Below, one piece after another: positions 1 through 13,663 of a stretch of DNA of 64,000 bases. Positions within the stretch are counted from its first letter, which is position 1. Each line of letters begins with the position of its first letter. A program made the translations under genes and the position numbers. Under the pieces are notes generated by a model. The model saw nothing but the letters and a program-made list of their open reading frames with translations. It searched no databases and was not told where the DNA came from. Source of the DNA: Terriglobia bacterium (GTDB lineage Bacteria > Acidobacteriota > Terriglobia > Bryobacterales > Bryobacteraceae); contig CAVQNQ010000002.1 in the NCBI GenBank assembly GCA_963714205.1, forward strand, positions 168,478-232,477, in the 5' to 3' direction.

Positions 1-202
1 TGAACTGGCCGGGGTGAAGACGCGTTTCGCGGACCAGATCGCGAAGAGCCTGGGTAGCGCGCAGGCGGCGCAGGCGATGAATGGGGAATGGCATTACCCG
101 GATTTTAACCCCTGGACGCCGCGGCTGGTCCGCCGTGGACCATTTACCGCAACCGAGGGACTTGACAAGCCCACGTACCCGGTTAGAATAAATTTCATCT
201 AA
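1..202 (+). CDS. 3' end of a gene that starts upstream of the window (hypothetical protein)
   Basis: Open frame runs from the window edge to the stop at 200-202; no recognisable motif. Confidence 0.25.
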   Translation, partial: ELAGVKTRFADQIAKSLGSAQAAQAMNGEWHYPDFNPWTPRLVRRGPFTATEGLDKPTYPVRINFI

Positions 203-212
203 GCGTTGTGCT

Positions 213-353
213 ATGCAACCCGCTTGTGAACATACCCGCACGCAAGTCATTGCCCGGAGAGACGGCGTAGACTACCTGGAGTGTCAGGACTGCCGTCAGA
301 TCTTCGAAGCCGAGGACCTCGAACCCGTGAAAGTAGAGGAAGAAGAGGAATAG
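213..353 (+). CDS. small (46 aa) putative zinc-ribbon protein with an acidic C-terminus (MQPACEH...ECQDC...VEEEEE)
   Basis: ATG at 213 and stop at 351-353, read by eye (too short for the ORF track). Cys/His positions are C5, H7, C26 and C29. Located just upstream of serS. Confidence 0.2.
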   Translation: MQPACEHTRTQVIARRDGVDYLECQDCRQIFEAEDLEPVKVEEEEE

Positions 354-384
354 TCCCTCCACGCCTGCGCTAGCATGGAGGGAA

Positions 385-1656
385 ATGCACGATCTTTCCC
401 ACTTCAGGAACAACTTCGAGGAGGTTGCGCGGCGTCTCGCTGAGCGCGGCAATGTTGCCGGCCTGGACCAGTTTCGCGAGATCGACAGGAAGCGCCGCGT
501 GGCCATCTCCCAATGCGAGGGGCTGAAGGCCCGCCTGAACGCGGAGAGCGCCGAGATCGGCAACTTGCGCCGCAAGGGCGCCGATACCAGCGTCCGCCAG
601 GAGCAGGTGCGCGCGCTGAAGGGGGAGATCGCATCGCTCGATGGGCAGGTGGCCGCGCTCGACGAGGAGTTCCGCGAGATTCTGGCCGGCATCCCCAACG
701 TTCCGCACGAATCCGTCCCGGTGGGCAAGGATGCGGACGCGAACATCGAAGTGCGGCGCGTAGGCTCGCCGCCCTGCTTCGATTTCGAGCCGAAGGCGCA
801 CTGGGACCTGGGCCCGGAGCTGGGCATCCTGGATCTTGAGCGGGCCGCCAAGATCACCGGCGCGCGCTTTGCGCTCTATTGGGATATGGGCGCGAAGCTC
901 GAACGCGCGCTCATCAACTTCATGCTCGACGTGCACACCCGCGAGCACGGCTATACCGAGGTGCTGCCGCCGTTCCTGGTGAATTCGGCCAGCCTCTTCG
1001 GAACCGGCCAGCTGCCCAAATTCAAAGAGGACCTGTTCAAGTGCGAGGGGCACGACTTCTGGCTGATTCCCACGGCCGAGGTCCCCGTAACCAACATCTA
1101 CCGCGATGAGACGCTGGATGCCGATGCGCTGCCCATCAGGCTGTGCGCCTACACACCGTGCTTCCGCAGCGAGGCCGGCTCATATGGCCGCGACGTGCGC
1201 GGGATCATTCGGCAGCACCAGTTCCAGAAGGTCGAGCTGGTGAAGTTCACGCGCCCACGAGAGAGCTACGAGGAACTGGAGAAGCTCACCGCCGATGCCG
1301 AAGATATCCTGCGGAGGCTGGGCCTGGCATTCCGCACCGTGGTGCTTTCGACCGGCGATATGGGCTTCTCTTCGGCCAAAACCTACGACATCGAGGTCTG
1401 GCTTCCCGGCCAGAACGGGTACAAAGAAATTTCTTCCTGCTCGAACTTCGAAGCTTTTCAGGCGAGGCGGGCGGGCATCCGCTTCCGGGGCGACAAGAAG
1501 GCCGAGTATGTCCACACGCTGAACGGCAGCGGGCTGGCGGTGGGACGCACGTGGGTGGCAATCGTCGAGAACTACCAGCAAAAGGACGGCAGCGTGGTGG
1601 TGCCGGAGGCGCTGCGCCCGTACCTCAACGCGGAAGTCATCCGACCGCGCCGATAG
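385..1656 (+). CDS. serS: seryl-tRNA synthetase
   Basis: 423 aa with an N-terminal coiled-coil arm and a class II aaRS core (motifs such as [25 protein letters not shown] and [12 protein letters not shown]). Confidence 0.95.
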   Translation: MHDLSHFRNNFEEVARRLAERGNVAGLDQFREIDRKRRVAISQCEGLKARLNAESAEIGNLRRKGADTSVRQEQVRALKGEIASLDGQVAALDEEFREILAGIPNVPHESVPVGKDADANIEVRRVGSPPCFDFEPKAHWDLGPELGILDLERAAKITGARFALYWDMGAKLERALINFMLDVHTREHGYTEVLPPFLVNSASLFGTGQLPKFKEDLFKCEGHDFWLIPTAEVPVTNIYRDETLDADALPIRLCAYTPCFRSEAGSYGRDVRGIIRQHQFQKVELVKFTRPRESYEELEKLTADAEDILRRLGLAFRTVVLSTGDMGFSSAKTYDIEVWLPGQNGYKEISSCSNFEAFQARRAGIRFRGDKKAEYVHTLNGSGLAVGRTWVAIVENYQQKDGSVVVPEALRPYLNAEVIRPRR

Positions 1657-1676
1657 GAGCCTCCCGGGAGCGGCCA

Positions 1677-1997
1677 TCAGACCGGGATATGTTGGATGTA
1701 ACCGGCGTTCGCCGCTCTCCACTTCCACGTAATCAAGATAGCGCGCACCTGTCCTTGAAGCAGCCCATACCGGGCGGCGATATCCGAGCAGCGCCATCCC
1801 AACAGGAAGTAGAGCTGAATCAGCCTGCGCTGCACGTCCGTCCGTCCGCAGGTCGGAAACGTGGGGACCTGCGATGGGAAGCTGACCCAGTTGGCTCGAA
1901 TCGCCGTACGCAGCTTGTCGATATCGATCTCCCCAATGCTCTGCCGCCGAATGCCCGGATCGAGCTGGCTCACGGGAGTGGCTTTCCGGCAGTACAT
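1677..1997 (-). CDS. small HTH protein resembling sigma-70 region 4 (LIQLYFLLGWRCSDIAARYGLLQGQVRAIL)
   Basis: The pattern resembles the HTH of sigma-70 region 4. The start is taken at the internal ATG (MYCRK...), and the longer ORF reaches 2033. Confidence 0.3.
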   Translation of the reverse strand: MYCRKATPVSQLDPGIRRQSIGEIDIDKLRTAIRANWVSFPSQVPTFPTCGRTDVQRRLIQLYFLLGWRCSDIAARYGLLQGQVRAILITWKWRAANAGYIQHIPV

Positions 1998-2201
1998 AGA
2001 CACGCGAATTCCTTTCTGGCCTGAGCCTCTCAATACTCACAAGTGCCGCGAAATTCGACGTGGAGTGCGGGTGTGGTCTTAGCAGGATGATACGGGTATG
2101 CCAACAAGCAAGGCATGAAAGAGTCGTGAAAGCCGATCGATGTTGTGAACGGGTGAACTAATCCGGGTTCAGAGCCACGCGCCCGCTACAATGGAATTCT
2201 C

Positions 2202-2837
2202 ATGGCGAGCGGCCTCTTCATCACCTTCGAGGGCATGGATGGCTCCGGCAAGACCACCCAGTTGCACCGGCTGGCCGCGCGGCTGCGCGCCCTGGGCCGC
2301 ACGGTCCTCGAGACCGCCGAGCCGGGCGGCCCGCCCATCGGCATGCAGATCCGCCATATTCTGCTGGATTCCGCCAACCAGGAGCTGAGCCCCACCACCG
2401 AAGTGCTGCTCTACTTCGCCTCCCGCGCGCAGAATGTAGATGAGTGGATTCTGCCGGCGCTCGGGCGCGGCGAGATCGTGCTCGCGGACCGCTTCACGGA
2501 TTCCTCGCTGGTCTACCAGGGATACGGGCGCGAACTGGGGGTCGCGGCCATCGAAGATCTGGAGCGGATCGCCTGCCGCGGGCTCAAGCCGTCCCTCACG
2601 CTGCTGGTGGATATCGACGCGGAAACCAGCCTGGCGCGCGCGCGGGCCCGCAACCAGGCCGAGGCGCACGGCGAAACCCGCATGGACGAGCAATCCCTGG
2701 AGTTTCACCGCAAGGTGTACGCGGCCTATCACGAGCTGGCGGCGCGCGAACCGGCGCGCGTTCGCATCGTGAATGGCCGCGCCGGAATCGACGCCCTGGA
2801 GTGCGAGATCTGGAGCGTGGTGCGGGCCTATGTTTGA
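2202..2837 (+). CDS. tmk: thymidylate kinase
   Basis: FITFEGMDGSGKTTQ P-loop plus DRF and a lid region; 211 aa. Confidence 0.9.
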   Translation: MASGLFITFEGMDGSGKTTQLHRLAARLRALGRTVLETAEPGGPPIGMQIRHILLDSANQELSPTTEVLLYFASRAQNVDEWILPALGRGEIVLADRFTDSSLVYQGYGRELGVAAIEDLERIACRGLKPSLTLLVDIDAETSLARARARNQAEAHGETRMDEQSLEFHRKVYAAYHELAAREPARVRIVNGRAGIDALECEIWSVVRAYV

Positions 2838-3855
2838 GGGCTTCTGGGGCAACCGGCACGTTACCGCCGCGCTCGAGCAGATGCTGGCGCAAGACCGCCT
2901 TTCGCAGACGCTCCTGTTCGCCGGCCCGGAGGGCGTGGGCAAAGCCACGCTGGCACGGCGCCTGGCAGCGCACCTGATGGGCCACGCGGCACGTATCGAG
3001 CAGGACGACCTGAGCCTGCCGCACAATCTCGAAACGGTCGCGGCGCGCGAACGCTGGCCGGCCGACCGGCGCAATGAAGATCCGCTGCTGTTCGCCAGCC
3101 ATCCCGATTTCGTGACCTTCGCTCCCGATGGCCCGCTGCGCCAGATCTCCATCCAGCAGTCGCGCCTGATCAAGGAGAGCGCGGCCTACCTGCCGCACCA
3201 GGGCAGCCGCCGCGTCTTCCTGATCGACCACGTGGACCGCGCCGCCGAGCAGGCCGCCAATTCGCTCCTCAAGACGCTCGAAGAGCCGCCGCCGCACCTG
3301 CTGCTGGTGATGACGGCCGAGAACGCTTACGACCTGCTGCCCACCATCCGCTCGCGCGCCGTGCCGTTTCAGTTTGCGCCGCTCTCTCCCGCCGAGATGC
3401 GCGAGTTCGTCCAGGCGCGCGGCCTCGACCAGCCGGAACGGCGCATCGCGCTGGCCGCCGGCAGCCCCGGGCTGGCCATTTCGATCGACCTGGAGGCCTA
3501 CGACAAGCGCCGCGCGGCCATGCTGACGCTGCTGAAAGTAGCCGCCGGGGCCGCGCCGTTCGGCGCCTGGGTTCCGGTTTCGGAGACCATCGGCCGCTCC
3601 AAGAGCGAGAAGCTCGACTTGTATCTCAAGGTGCTCTACGAATTGCTACGCGACCTGCTGCTGCTCGCCGAGGGCACCGGCGAAATCCGCAACCAGGATA
3701 TCCGCCGCGAACTCGAGCCGCTGGCGGCCCGGATCGGATTCGCCTGGGTGCGCAAGGCGGTAGCCGAGGTGGACACCATGGCGCACCTGGTGCGCCGCAA
3801 CATTCAGAAGACCATCGCGCTGGACGCCCTGATTATGGTTTTGCGCGCGGCGTAA
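2830..3855 (+). CDS. holB: DNA polymerase III delta' subunit
   Basis: GNRHVTAALEQ...LLFAGPEGVGKATLARRLA AAA+ clamp-loader motifs. The ATG at 2830 overlaps the end of tmk by 8 nt. Confidence 0.85.
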   Translation: MFEGFWGNRHVTAALEQMLAQDRLSQTLLFAGPEGVGKATLARRLAAHLMGHAARIEQDDLSLPHNLETVAARERWPADRRNEDPLLFASHPDFVTFAPDGPLRQISIQQSRLIKESAAYLPHQGSRRVFLIDHVDRAAEQAANSLLKTLEEPPPHLLLVMTAENAYDLLPTIRSRAVPFQFAPLSPAEMREFVQARGLDQPERRIALAAGSPGLAISIDLEAYDKRRAAMLTLLKVAAGAAPFGAWVPVSETIGRSKSEKLDLYLKVLYELLRDLLLLAEGTGEIRNQDIRRELEPLAARIGFAWVRKAVAEVDTMAHLVRRNIQKTIALDALIMVLRAA

Positions 3856-5146
3856 CGCAGCCGCCCAGCGTGTCCCAAAACTCGGGGAACGATACCGAGG
3901 CCGCCTCGGCGCCATCGATGACCGACACGCCATCGGCGCGCAGCGCGGCCACCGCGAAGGCCATGGCGATGCGGTGATCGCCGAAGGAATCGAAACGGGC
4001 CGCGCGGAACGTCTGGCGGCCGGGCACTACGAGGCCATCGGACAGCTCCTCGGCGTCCACGCCCATGCGCCGCAGGTTGTCCACTACGGTGCGGATGCGG
4101 TCGGTCTCCTTGACGCGCAATTCGGCGGCGTCCCGGACCGTGAGGCCCTCTTCCGTGGCGGCGCCCAGCACGGCCAGCACGGGGATTTCATCGATCAGCG
4201 CCGCGGTGAGGCCGCCCGAGATGACGCCGCCGCGCAATTCGGAATGCTCCACCACCAGGTCGCCGATCAGCTCGCCGCCGCCGCTTTCGAGATTAGGGAC
4301 GCGGATACTGGCTCCCATGCCCACCAGAAAATCGAGCAGCGCCGAACGCGTGGGGTTGAGTCCCACGCCGAGAATGGAAAGCCGCGAGCCGGGCACCAGC
4401 AGGGCGGCCGCGATGAAGAACGCCGCTGAAGAGAGGTCCGAGGGCACCATCAATTCGCGGCCGGTGAGCTGGGGGCGGCCGATGAGCGAGATCTTCAGGC
4501 GCTCGACGCGAACTTCCGCCCCGAACTCGCGCAGGGCGATTTCGGTGTGGTCGCGCGAACGCACCGGCTCGATCACGGAGGTCGTGCCTTCGGCGAACAA
4601 CCCGGCGAACAGCACGCACGTCTTTACCTGCGCGCTGGGCACCGGGAGCGTGTACTCGATGGGCCGCAGCGCGCCGCCGTGAATTTCGAGCGGCGGAAAT
4701 TGCCCGTCGCGTGCGGCGATGCGTGCGCCCATTTCCGCCAAAGGCGTCATGATGCGCCGCATGGGCCGGCGCGAAAGCGATTCATCCCCGCCGATGCGCG
4801 TTACGAACGGCTGCGCCGCCAGAATGCCGCTGAGCATGCGGATGGTGGAACCGGAGTTGCCGGCATCCAGGCAATCCGCCGGCTGGCGCAGGCCTTCGAG
4901 GCCTTTGCCCGCCACGCGAACCTCAGTTCCCTGCTCTTCGATTTCGATACCGAGCGCCTGCAGGCATCCTAGCGTGGAGTGGCAATCGGCGCCCGTGGAA
5001 TAGTTCCGGATGCGCGTGGGACCCTCGGCCAGGGCCGCAATCATGGCGTAGCGATGCGAGATGGATTTATCGCCGGGCAGCGCGATGGCGCCGGAAAGCG
5101 CGGCGGCGGGGCGGATTTCCTGTTGCATGCGGATTGAATCAATCAT
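3833..5146 (-). CDS. aroA: 3-phosphoshikimate 1-carboxyvinyltransferase (EPSP synthase)
   Basis: LPGDKSISHRYAMIAALAEG and the typical EPSP synthase fold over the full length. The ORF extends upstream to 5233, and the start is chosen at the internal Met (MIDSIRMQQE). Confidence 0.88.
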   Translation of the reverse strand: MIDSIRMQQEIRPAAALSGAIALPGDKSISHRYAMIAALAEGPTRIRNYSTGADCHSTLGCLQALGIEIEEQGTEVRVAGKGLEGLRQPADCLDAGNSGSTIRMLSGILAAQPFVTRIGGDESLSRRPMRRIMTPLAEMGARIAARDGQFPPLEIHGGALRPIEYTLPVPSAQVKTCVLFAGLFAEGTTSVIEPVRSRDHTEIALREFGAEVRVERLKISLIGRPQLTGRELMVPSDLSSAAFFIAAALLVPGSRLSILGVGLNPTRSALLDFLVGMGASIRVPNLESGGGELIGDLVVEHSELRGGVISGGLTAALIDEIPVLAVLGAATEEGLTVRDAAELRVKETDRIRTVVDNLRRMGVDAEELSDGLVVPGRQTFRAARFDSFGDHRIAMAFAVAALRADGVSVIDGAEAASVSFPEFWDTLGGCVTPRAKP

Positions 5147-5181
5147 ACAAGGTGGGCCGCGATTCCCGCGTGCCGGGCGGC

Positions 5182-6285
5182 TCAGCCCGCCCCGTCCACT
5201 TCCTCGAAGAAGCGCAGCGACTGGGCCGCGCATGCTTCCCAGCGGAACTGGAGGGCGCGTGCGCGTCCCCGTGCGCTCAGATCAGCGCGCAATCCGGGGG
5301 AGAGCAGCAGGCGGGCCAGGCCGTCGCGCAACTCGGCCGGGCTGCGCGGATCGATCAGCAGCGCGGCGTCGCCGGCAATCTCCGGCAGCGACGAGACGTT
5401 CGAGGTAATCGCGGGAACGCCGGCCGCCATGGCCTGGGCCAGCGGAAAGCCGAAGCCCTCGTAAAGCGAGGGATATGCAAACACGGTGGCGGCGGCGGTA
5501 AGCGGCGCCAGGTCCTGTTCCGGCACGTAGCCCACATAGCGAGCCGAGGATAGCCGGGCCAGAGTAGCGGCGGGCGCCCAGCCTGACGGCCCGGCCAGCA
5601 CCAGCTCGAATTCCTCCCGCAGCGACGCGGGCAAGGCCGCGAAGGCATCGAGCAGCGTGTCCACGTTCTTGCGCGGCTCGATGGTGCCCACGAAGAGCAC
5701 GAAGGGGCGTTTCAGCCCATACCGGGCCCGCACCTCCGCGATGGAAGCGCCATTCACATGAAAAAACGATTTCACGATTCCGGGGTGGATCACCGCGATC
5801 TTTTCGGCGGGGAGTTTGAGAACGCAGACGGCGTCGCGGCGGGTGCTCTCCGAAATGGCGATGAGACGGTCGGCGCGGCGCAGCACCTCGGCGAAACTGC
5901 GCTCGGCCCGCAGGTTGGCGGGCGTGTGCAGCTCCGGCATCGTCCAGCAGGTCAGGTCGTAGATGGTGGCGGTGAGGCGCGGCCGGCGCGGCGGGCGGTG
6001 CGCCAGGGTCGAGGCGTGGAAGATCGAAGCCCCGCGCATGAGCCAGTCGAGCACAGGCAGCGGCGTGTGGTTCGAGAGCGCCAGCGCTCCCAGGCCGGAG
6101 ACGGTCCTCCAACCGGCTGCCACCGAGCGCTCGTGCCGCAAGGGACCGAATTCAGCCATCGCGGGAAACGTGCCGATTTGGCGCGGCCCGGCGGCCCGGC
6201 GCAGTTCGCCGATCCAGTGATAGAGATAGTTCTTGACGCCGGCGCTGCGCACCAGCAGGGGCACGGCATCGATGACCACGCGCAT
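5182..6285 (-). CDS. glycosyltransferase family 4 (GT-B, group 1)
   Basis: C-terminal EGFGFPLAQAMAAGVPAITSNVSSLPEIAGDAALLIDP signature of GT4 enzymes. Lies immediately upstream of aroA on the same strand. Confidence 0.85.
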   Translation of the reverse strand: MRVVIDAVPLLVRSAGVKNYLYHWIGELRRAAGPRQIGTFPAMAEFGPLRHERSVAAGWRTVSGLGALALSNHTPLPVLDWLMRGASIFHASTLAHRPPRRPRLTATIYDLTCWTMPELHTPANLRAERSFAEVLRRADRLIAISESTRRDAVCVLKLPAEKIAVIHPGIVKSFFHVNGASIAEVRARYGLKRPFVLFVGTIEPRKNVDTLLDAFAALPASLREEFELVLAGPSGWAPAATLARLSSARYVGYVPEQDLAPLTAAATVFAYPSLYEGFGFPLAQAMAAGVPAITSNVSSLPEIAGDAALLIDPRSPAELRDGLARLLLSPGLRADLSARGRARALQFRWEACAAQSLRFFEEVDGAG

Positions 6286-6351
6286 CGGCTTTTAGTCTAC
6301 CGCCCGCAGCCGGCCTGGCGCGTCATTATGCTAGACTTTCAGCCGAGGGAG

Positions 6352-6816
6352 ATGATAATGCGGAACACAATCTGGTTGCTGATAGTTGGCTCCCTGATAC
6401 TCTTACCAGGGCTTTCGGTCGCAGGGGAGCGCTTCGACGGTAACTGGCTCACGAAGCTTACTTGCCCTGCGAAAGGAAATACCGAGGGCTACACCTGGCA
6501 GTTCGCCAGTGCCATCCAAAATAGCAACTTTCGCGGAGAGCGCGGCACGGCCGGGGAACCCGGCTACCTGCTGATTGAAGGCAAGATCGCGGAGAACGGC
6601 ACCGCCAAGCTGTCGGCTAACGGTATAGTCGCTTCCAGGAAATACTCCCGCGGAGTTCTCGCTCACAAAGGCGAGGAATATAGCTACGACATCAAAGCCC
6701 AATTCAAAGAGACCGAGGGCACGGGCACCAGGAATGAAGGCCTCGGCATTGTAGGCCGCGCTTGCACGTTCGATTTTACGAAGCAGCAGGGCACGAGTCA
6801 GGCCGGCGGGCGATAG
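6352..6816 (+). CDS. small secreted hypothetical protein (signal peptide MIMRNTIWLLIVGSLILLPGLSVAG)
   Basis: AGGGAG RBS 2-7 nt before the ATG, and a hydrophobic signal peptide. The long ORF beginning at 5758 is a GC-driven 5' extension. Confidence 0.45.
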   Translation: MIMRNTIWLLIVGSLILLPGLSVAGERFDGNWLTKLTCPAKGNTEGYTWQFASAIQNSNFRGERGTAGEPGYLLIEGKIAENGTAKLSANGIVASRKYSRGVLAHKGEEYSYDIKAQFKETEGTGTRNEGLGIVGRACTFDFTKQQGTSQAGGR

Positions 6817-6836
6817 AGCTGAGCCGGAAAGCCGCT

Positions 6837-7766
6837 TTAAGGTTTCGATAGCGGGCTGGACATCAGAAAAGAAATATCGTTCACCCTGTATATGACTTTA
6901 CCGGGTGATTCCGGCGCTGGCGCGATCTTGCCGGCACGCACAGCCTCGAAGGCGGATACCAGACGAGGAAGTACCGACGGTGGCGCAACGGGAACATTGT
7001 GCGCGCAGAGAAGGGTTTTCACGCGCGGCGCCAGCGCGGCGAGCCGTTTGATCGAGGCGCCATAGGCGTCCAGATCGGTTTCCGGACGGAAGAGCCAGAT
7101 GGGAGCGGGATAGTAAGTGTCGCCGGTGAAGAGCAGGCCGTGGGCGCGATCGAGAAGGCACACGGCATCCGGCGTATGGCCGGGAGTGGCAATGATCTCC
7201 AGCGACCGGCCACCCAAATCGATGCGATCGCCATCGTGCCTGTACTCCTTGATAATCCACGGCCGCGTCGCGTACGCTTTACGGTCGAATCCCTTCGGCA
7301 ACTCGCCGCAAATCTCACCGGGCGCCAGTTCGGCCTGCGCATCCTCGCGCGAGCCCCGCGCATTGGCGCGTGTGAAGGCCGTATCCATGCCGTAGACCGT
7401 TTCGAACTGCCAATTGCCGCCGACATGATCGTTATGGGTATGCGAGTTCAGCACGATCACCGGGAGCTTCGTCAACTCCGCCGTGACCTTCTTGATGTCG
7501 CCGATTCCCATGCCGGTATCGAAGAGCAGAGCCAGCTTCCCGCCCGCGATGAGGTAGCTGATGGTCTCTTCGAACTGATGCGGCTCGTAGATCGCAAATA
7601 CGCCGGGCGCGACCTTGTAGACTTCGAACCAGGCGTCGTTGACCGGCACGCGCTGCAAGCTCTTATACTGCTCCCGGGGAAGCGCCCGGCACCACTCGGG
7701 CTTGTCATGCTGCGCAAACAGGGCCGGCGTGCAGAAAGCCAGGCAGACGACCAGCGCGGTGCGCAC
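6837..7766 (-). CDS. MBL-fold metallo-hydrolase (secreted)
   Basis: Signal peptide; HTHNDHVGG (HxHxDH) zinc motif; further conserved His and Asp residues. Confidence 0.8.
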   Translation of the reverse strand: MRTALVVCLAFCTPALFAQHDKPEWCRALPREQYKSLQRVPVNDAWFEVYKVAPGVFAIYEPHQFEETISYLIAGGKLALLFDTGMGIGDIKKVTAELTKLPVIVLNSHTHNDHVGGNWQFETVYGMDTAFTRANARGSREDAQAELAPGEICGELPKGFDRKAYATRPWIIKEYRHDGDRIDLGGRSLEIIATPGHTPDAVCLLDRAHGLLFTGDTYYPAPIWLFRPETDLDAYGASIKRLAALAPRVKTLLCAHNVPVAPPSVLPRLVSAFEAVRAGKIAPAPESPGKVIYRVNDISFLMSSPLSKP

Positions 7767-7771
7767 CTGCC

Positions 7772-8170
7772 CTACTTCTTCTCCGCCGTCTCTACGCGCG
7801 CCTGGGCACGCGCCACGTCGTGCAACGCCGCGGCGGGGTCCACGCCCGGATTTGTCAGGCGGGCCTCGCAGTCTGTGAGTTCGGCACGAGCGCGGTTGAC
7901 GTCAATCTCTTCGGCCCGCTCGGCCGAATCCGCCAGAACGCGCACGTGGTCCTCCAGGATTTCCAGGAAGCCGCCGTCCACCGCCAGATAGCTGCGCTTG
8001 CTGCCAGCTAAGTAACCGAGAAAGCCGGTGCCCAGTTGGCCCACCAGCGGCGCGTGCCCGGGCAGGATGCCCATGTAGCCATCGAGGCCCGGAAGCTGCA
8101 CGTCTTCCACCTGTTCGTGCACTAACTGGCGCTCGGGAGTGTCGACTTCCAGTTCCAGAGATCCGGCCAT
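7772..8170 (-). CDS. atpC: F1Fo ATP synthase epsilon subunit
   Basis: 132 aa; beta-sandwich followed by a helical hairpin (ILPGHAPL...); sits immediately downstream of atpD. Confidence 0.9.
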   Translation of the reverse strand: MAGSLELEVDTPERQLVHEQVEDVQLPGLDGYMGILPGHAPLVGQLGTGFLGYLAGSKRSYLAVDGGFLEILEDHVRVLADSAERAEEIDVNRARAELTDCEARLTNPGVDPAAALHDVARAQARVETAEKK

Positions 8171-8172
8171 GG

Positions 8173-9630
<1,458 letters not shown>

Positions 9631-10483
9631 TTACTCCGCGGAAGCGGCGCCGCTCACCACTTCGATAATCTCCTTGGTGATGCTGGCCTGGCGCACGCGG
9701 TTCATGTACAACGTCAGCTTGTCGATCATTTCGGATGCATTGGAGGTGGCCGCCTCCATGGCGGTCATGCGCGCGGCGTGCTCGGCGGCGGTGGATTCCA
9801 GCATCGCGCGGAAAAACTCCGTTTCGACGTACCGGGGCAGCAGCGCGTCCAGCAGTTCGGCGGGCGGCTGCTCGAAAATGTAATCGATGGGTTCGCTCTT
9901 GGCGGGCAGTTCCACGGGCAGCACGCGCCGCACCGTGAGCTTCTGCGACATCACGCTCTTGAACTCGTTGAAAAGCAGGTAGACCGCGTCGATCTGCTCG
10001 GCGCGGAACTGCTCCATGGCCTTGCGGGCGATGGCCACGGTTTCCTCGTGCAGCCCTGCGGGCGGGATGGTCACGTGTTCCCCGGAGATACGCACATTGC
10101 GCTTGCGGAAGAAATCGCGGCCCTTGCGCCCCACCAGTTCGAGCGTCACCTCGGCGCCCTTGCGCTCGGCCATGAATTGTTGCGCGCCCTTGATCAGGTT
10201 GGTATTGAAGGCCCCCGCCAGGCCCTTGTCGGCGGTGATGAGCACCAGCAGGGCGCGGTTTTCGGCGCGCCGGGCGAGCAGCGGATTTTCCGCGGCGCTC
10301 TCTTCGGAAGCCGCCGCCGCGGCGATCGAGGCCAGCACCTGGCGCAGCATGGCCCCGTAGGGCCGCGCCGAAATCACGCGGTCCTGCGCCCGGCGCAGCT
10401 TGGCCGCCGAGACCATCTTCATGGCCCGCGTGATCTGCTGCGTGTTCTTGACCGAGCGGATACGCCGCCGGATATCGATCAGG

Positions 10484-10491
<8 letters not shown>
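9631..10491 (-). CDS. atpG: F1Fo ATP synthase gamma subunit
   Basis: [33 protein letters not shown]-terminus; 286 aa. Confidence 0.95.
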
Positions 10492-12025
<1,534 letters not shown>

Positions 12026-12038
12026 ATGATCCTTCCGA

Positions 12039-12593
12039 TTAACCTTCCGCGCGCAGGAGCCGCTCCAGGGACTCCAGTTGGCCGCGCACCGAGCCGTCGT
12101 AAACCGTCGAGCCGATCCGCGCCACCACGCCGCCGATCAACGCCGGGTCCACCGCGTAGCGCGCGCGGATACGCTTGCCCGTGAGGCGCTCGAGTTCGGC
12201 GCCCAGCGAGCCGCGCAGCGGTTCGGAGAGATCGCGCGCCGATTTCACCTCGGCGCGCGCAAAGCCCAGGCGCTCGTCCACAATCGTCTCGAAGCTGTCG
12301 ATAATCTCGCGCAGCGCGGCAATGCGCCGGTGGTCCACCAAAACGAAAAGAAAGTTGAGCGCGATGCGCGCGAGGCCCAGATCTTTGCCGATCCGCGCTA
12401 CCACGGCCTTCTTGCGGCCGGCGGGCACGGCCGGCGTGATCAGGGCGTTATGGAGGTCGCTGAAGGACTCCAGCAACGATTGAAAAGCGCGCAACTGCGC
12501 CATGGCATCCTGCGGGCGCAGGGGCGATGTGCCGGCGGTGACGACATCCGCCAGAGCGTTGGCGTATCGCGTGGCTACGGCTGAAAGTGTCAT
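12039..12593 (-). CDS. atpH: F1Fo ATP synthase delta (OSCP) subunit
   Basis: 184 aa; [16 protein letters not shown]-terminus; position between atpF and atpA. Confidence 0.85.
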   Translation of the reverse strand: MTLSAVATRYANALADVVTAGTSPLRPQDAMAQLRAFQSLLESFSDLHNALITPAVPAGRKKAVVARIGKDLGLARIALNFLFVLVDHRRIAALREIIDSFETIVDERLGFARAEVKSARDLSEPLRGSLGAELERLTGKRIRARYAVDPALIGGVVARIGSTVYDGSVRGQLESLERLLRAEG

Positions 12594-12596
12594 GGT

Positions 12597-13217
12597 CTAG
12601 GTAGTCTGTGCGCGCGAGGTGGGCGGTTCCAGGTTGCGCACGAAGCCGCGCACCAGGGCGTCCTGCTTTTCCGGCGTGAGGCGCGCCTGGATCTTCTGTT
12701 CGGCCAGCTTGATGGCCAGCTCCGCCGTATAACGCTGGAGTTCCATGCGCGCGGCCTTGGCGGCCGACGCGATTTCCCGCTCGGAATGGGCTTCGAGCTT
12801 GGCGATTTCGGCCGCGGAGTGCCGGGCGATGCGCTCGGTCTCGGCCTGCTCTTCGCATTGCGCTTCGGCGCGCAGGGCGGCGATTTCCGATTCCAGGTTG
12901 GCCAGGCGGCGCTCCACTTCGGCCGTGCGCGCCTCGGCGGCTTTGCGCGCTTCGGCAGCCTCGATCATTTCCTTGCGGATGCTCTTCGACCGCGCCGCGA
13001 AAAACGGCCCGCCGTTCTTGCCCGCCAGGTAGCCGAGACCTCCGGCCAGCAGCAGGAAGTTAGCCCATTTCCACGGACCGAGATGGTCCTCCGCGGGGGC
13101 GCTTTCGCTCGAAGCGGCTTTTTCCGGGGCGCCCTGGCCGCTCGAGGCCTCCTGCGCCCAACCATAAGGAGCCGCCGCGAGGCCAAGCAGCATAACCCCC
13201 AGGAGAAGCGCCTTCAT
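12597..13217 (-). CDS. atpF: F1Fo ATP synthase subunit b
   Basis: N-terminal TM segment followed by a long Ala/Glu/Arg-rich coiled coil; start overlaps the stop of b' by 4 nt. Confidence 0.8.
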   Translation of the reverse strand: MKALLLGVMLLGLAAAPYGWAQEASSGQGAPEKAASSESAPAEDHLGPWKWANFLLLAGGLGYLAGKNGGPFFAARSKSIRKEMIEAAEARKAAEARTAEVERRLANLESEIAALRAEAQCEEQAETERIARHSAAEIAKLEAHSEREIASAAKAARMELQRYTAELAIKLAEQKIQARLTPEKQDALVRGFVRNLEPPTSRAQTT

Positions 13218-13663
13218 GCCATGCTCCGTCGCAGGATGGATTCCGCGATCTGGGCCGCCAATATGTCGCTATCGCGATCCAGGCTGGCGCGGGCCGCTTC
13301 CACATCGCTCCCCAGATGAGCCTTGGCCTCCTTCACGGCGGCGTCGGCACGCGCGCGCGCCACGGCAATCCCGGCGGCTTCGCGTTCCTGCAACCGCTTG
13401 TGCAACTGCTCCTGGGCCTGGTACACCTCGGCCCGCGCGGCGCGCATGGCGGCCTCGTATTCGGCTGTCTTCGCCGCCGCGCGCTCTATGCTTAACTCGG
13501 CAAGTTTGCAGGCGCCTTCGGTCGCGTCGTAGCGCTCATGCAGCACCCTCTCCAATGGCTTGAAGAAGACAGCCTTCAAATAGAAATTCAGCAGGATGAG
13601 CAGAACAAAGGTGGGCAGAGCTTTCAGCAGAAGCCCGCCCAAAGCGTGCAAAGTGGCTTCCAT
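13214..13663 (-). CDS. F1Fo ATP synthase subunit b'
   Basis: Single TM segment then a coiled coil; a second b-type paralogue immediately upstream of atpF. Confidence 0.72.
   Translation of the reverse strand: MEATLHALGGLLLKALPTFVLLILLNFYLKAVFFKPLERVLHERYDATEGACKLAELSIERAAAKTAEYEAAMRAARAEVYQAQEQLHKRLQEREAAGIAVARARADAAVKEAKAHLGSDVEAARASLDRDSDILAAQIAESILRRSMA

Noticed and set aside
2941-2960. TGGCAC...CTGGCA resembling a sigma-54 -24/-12 element
   Set aside because: It lies inside the holB coding sequence and lacks the TTGC -12 core.
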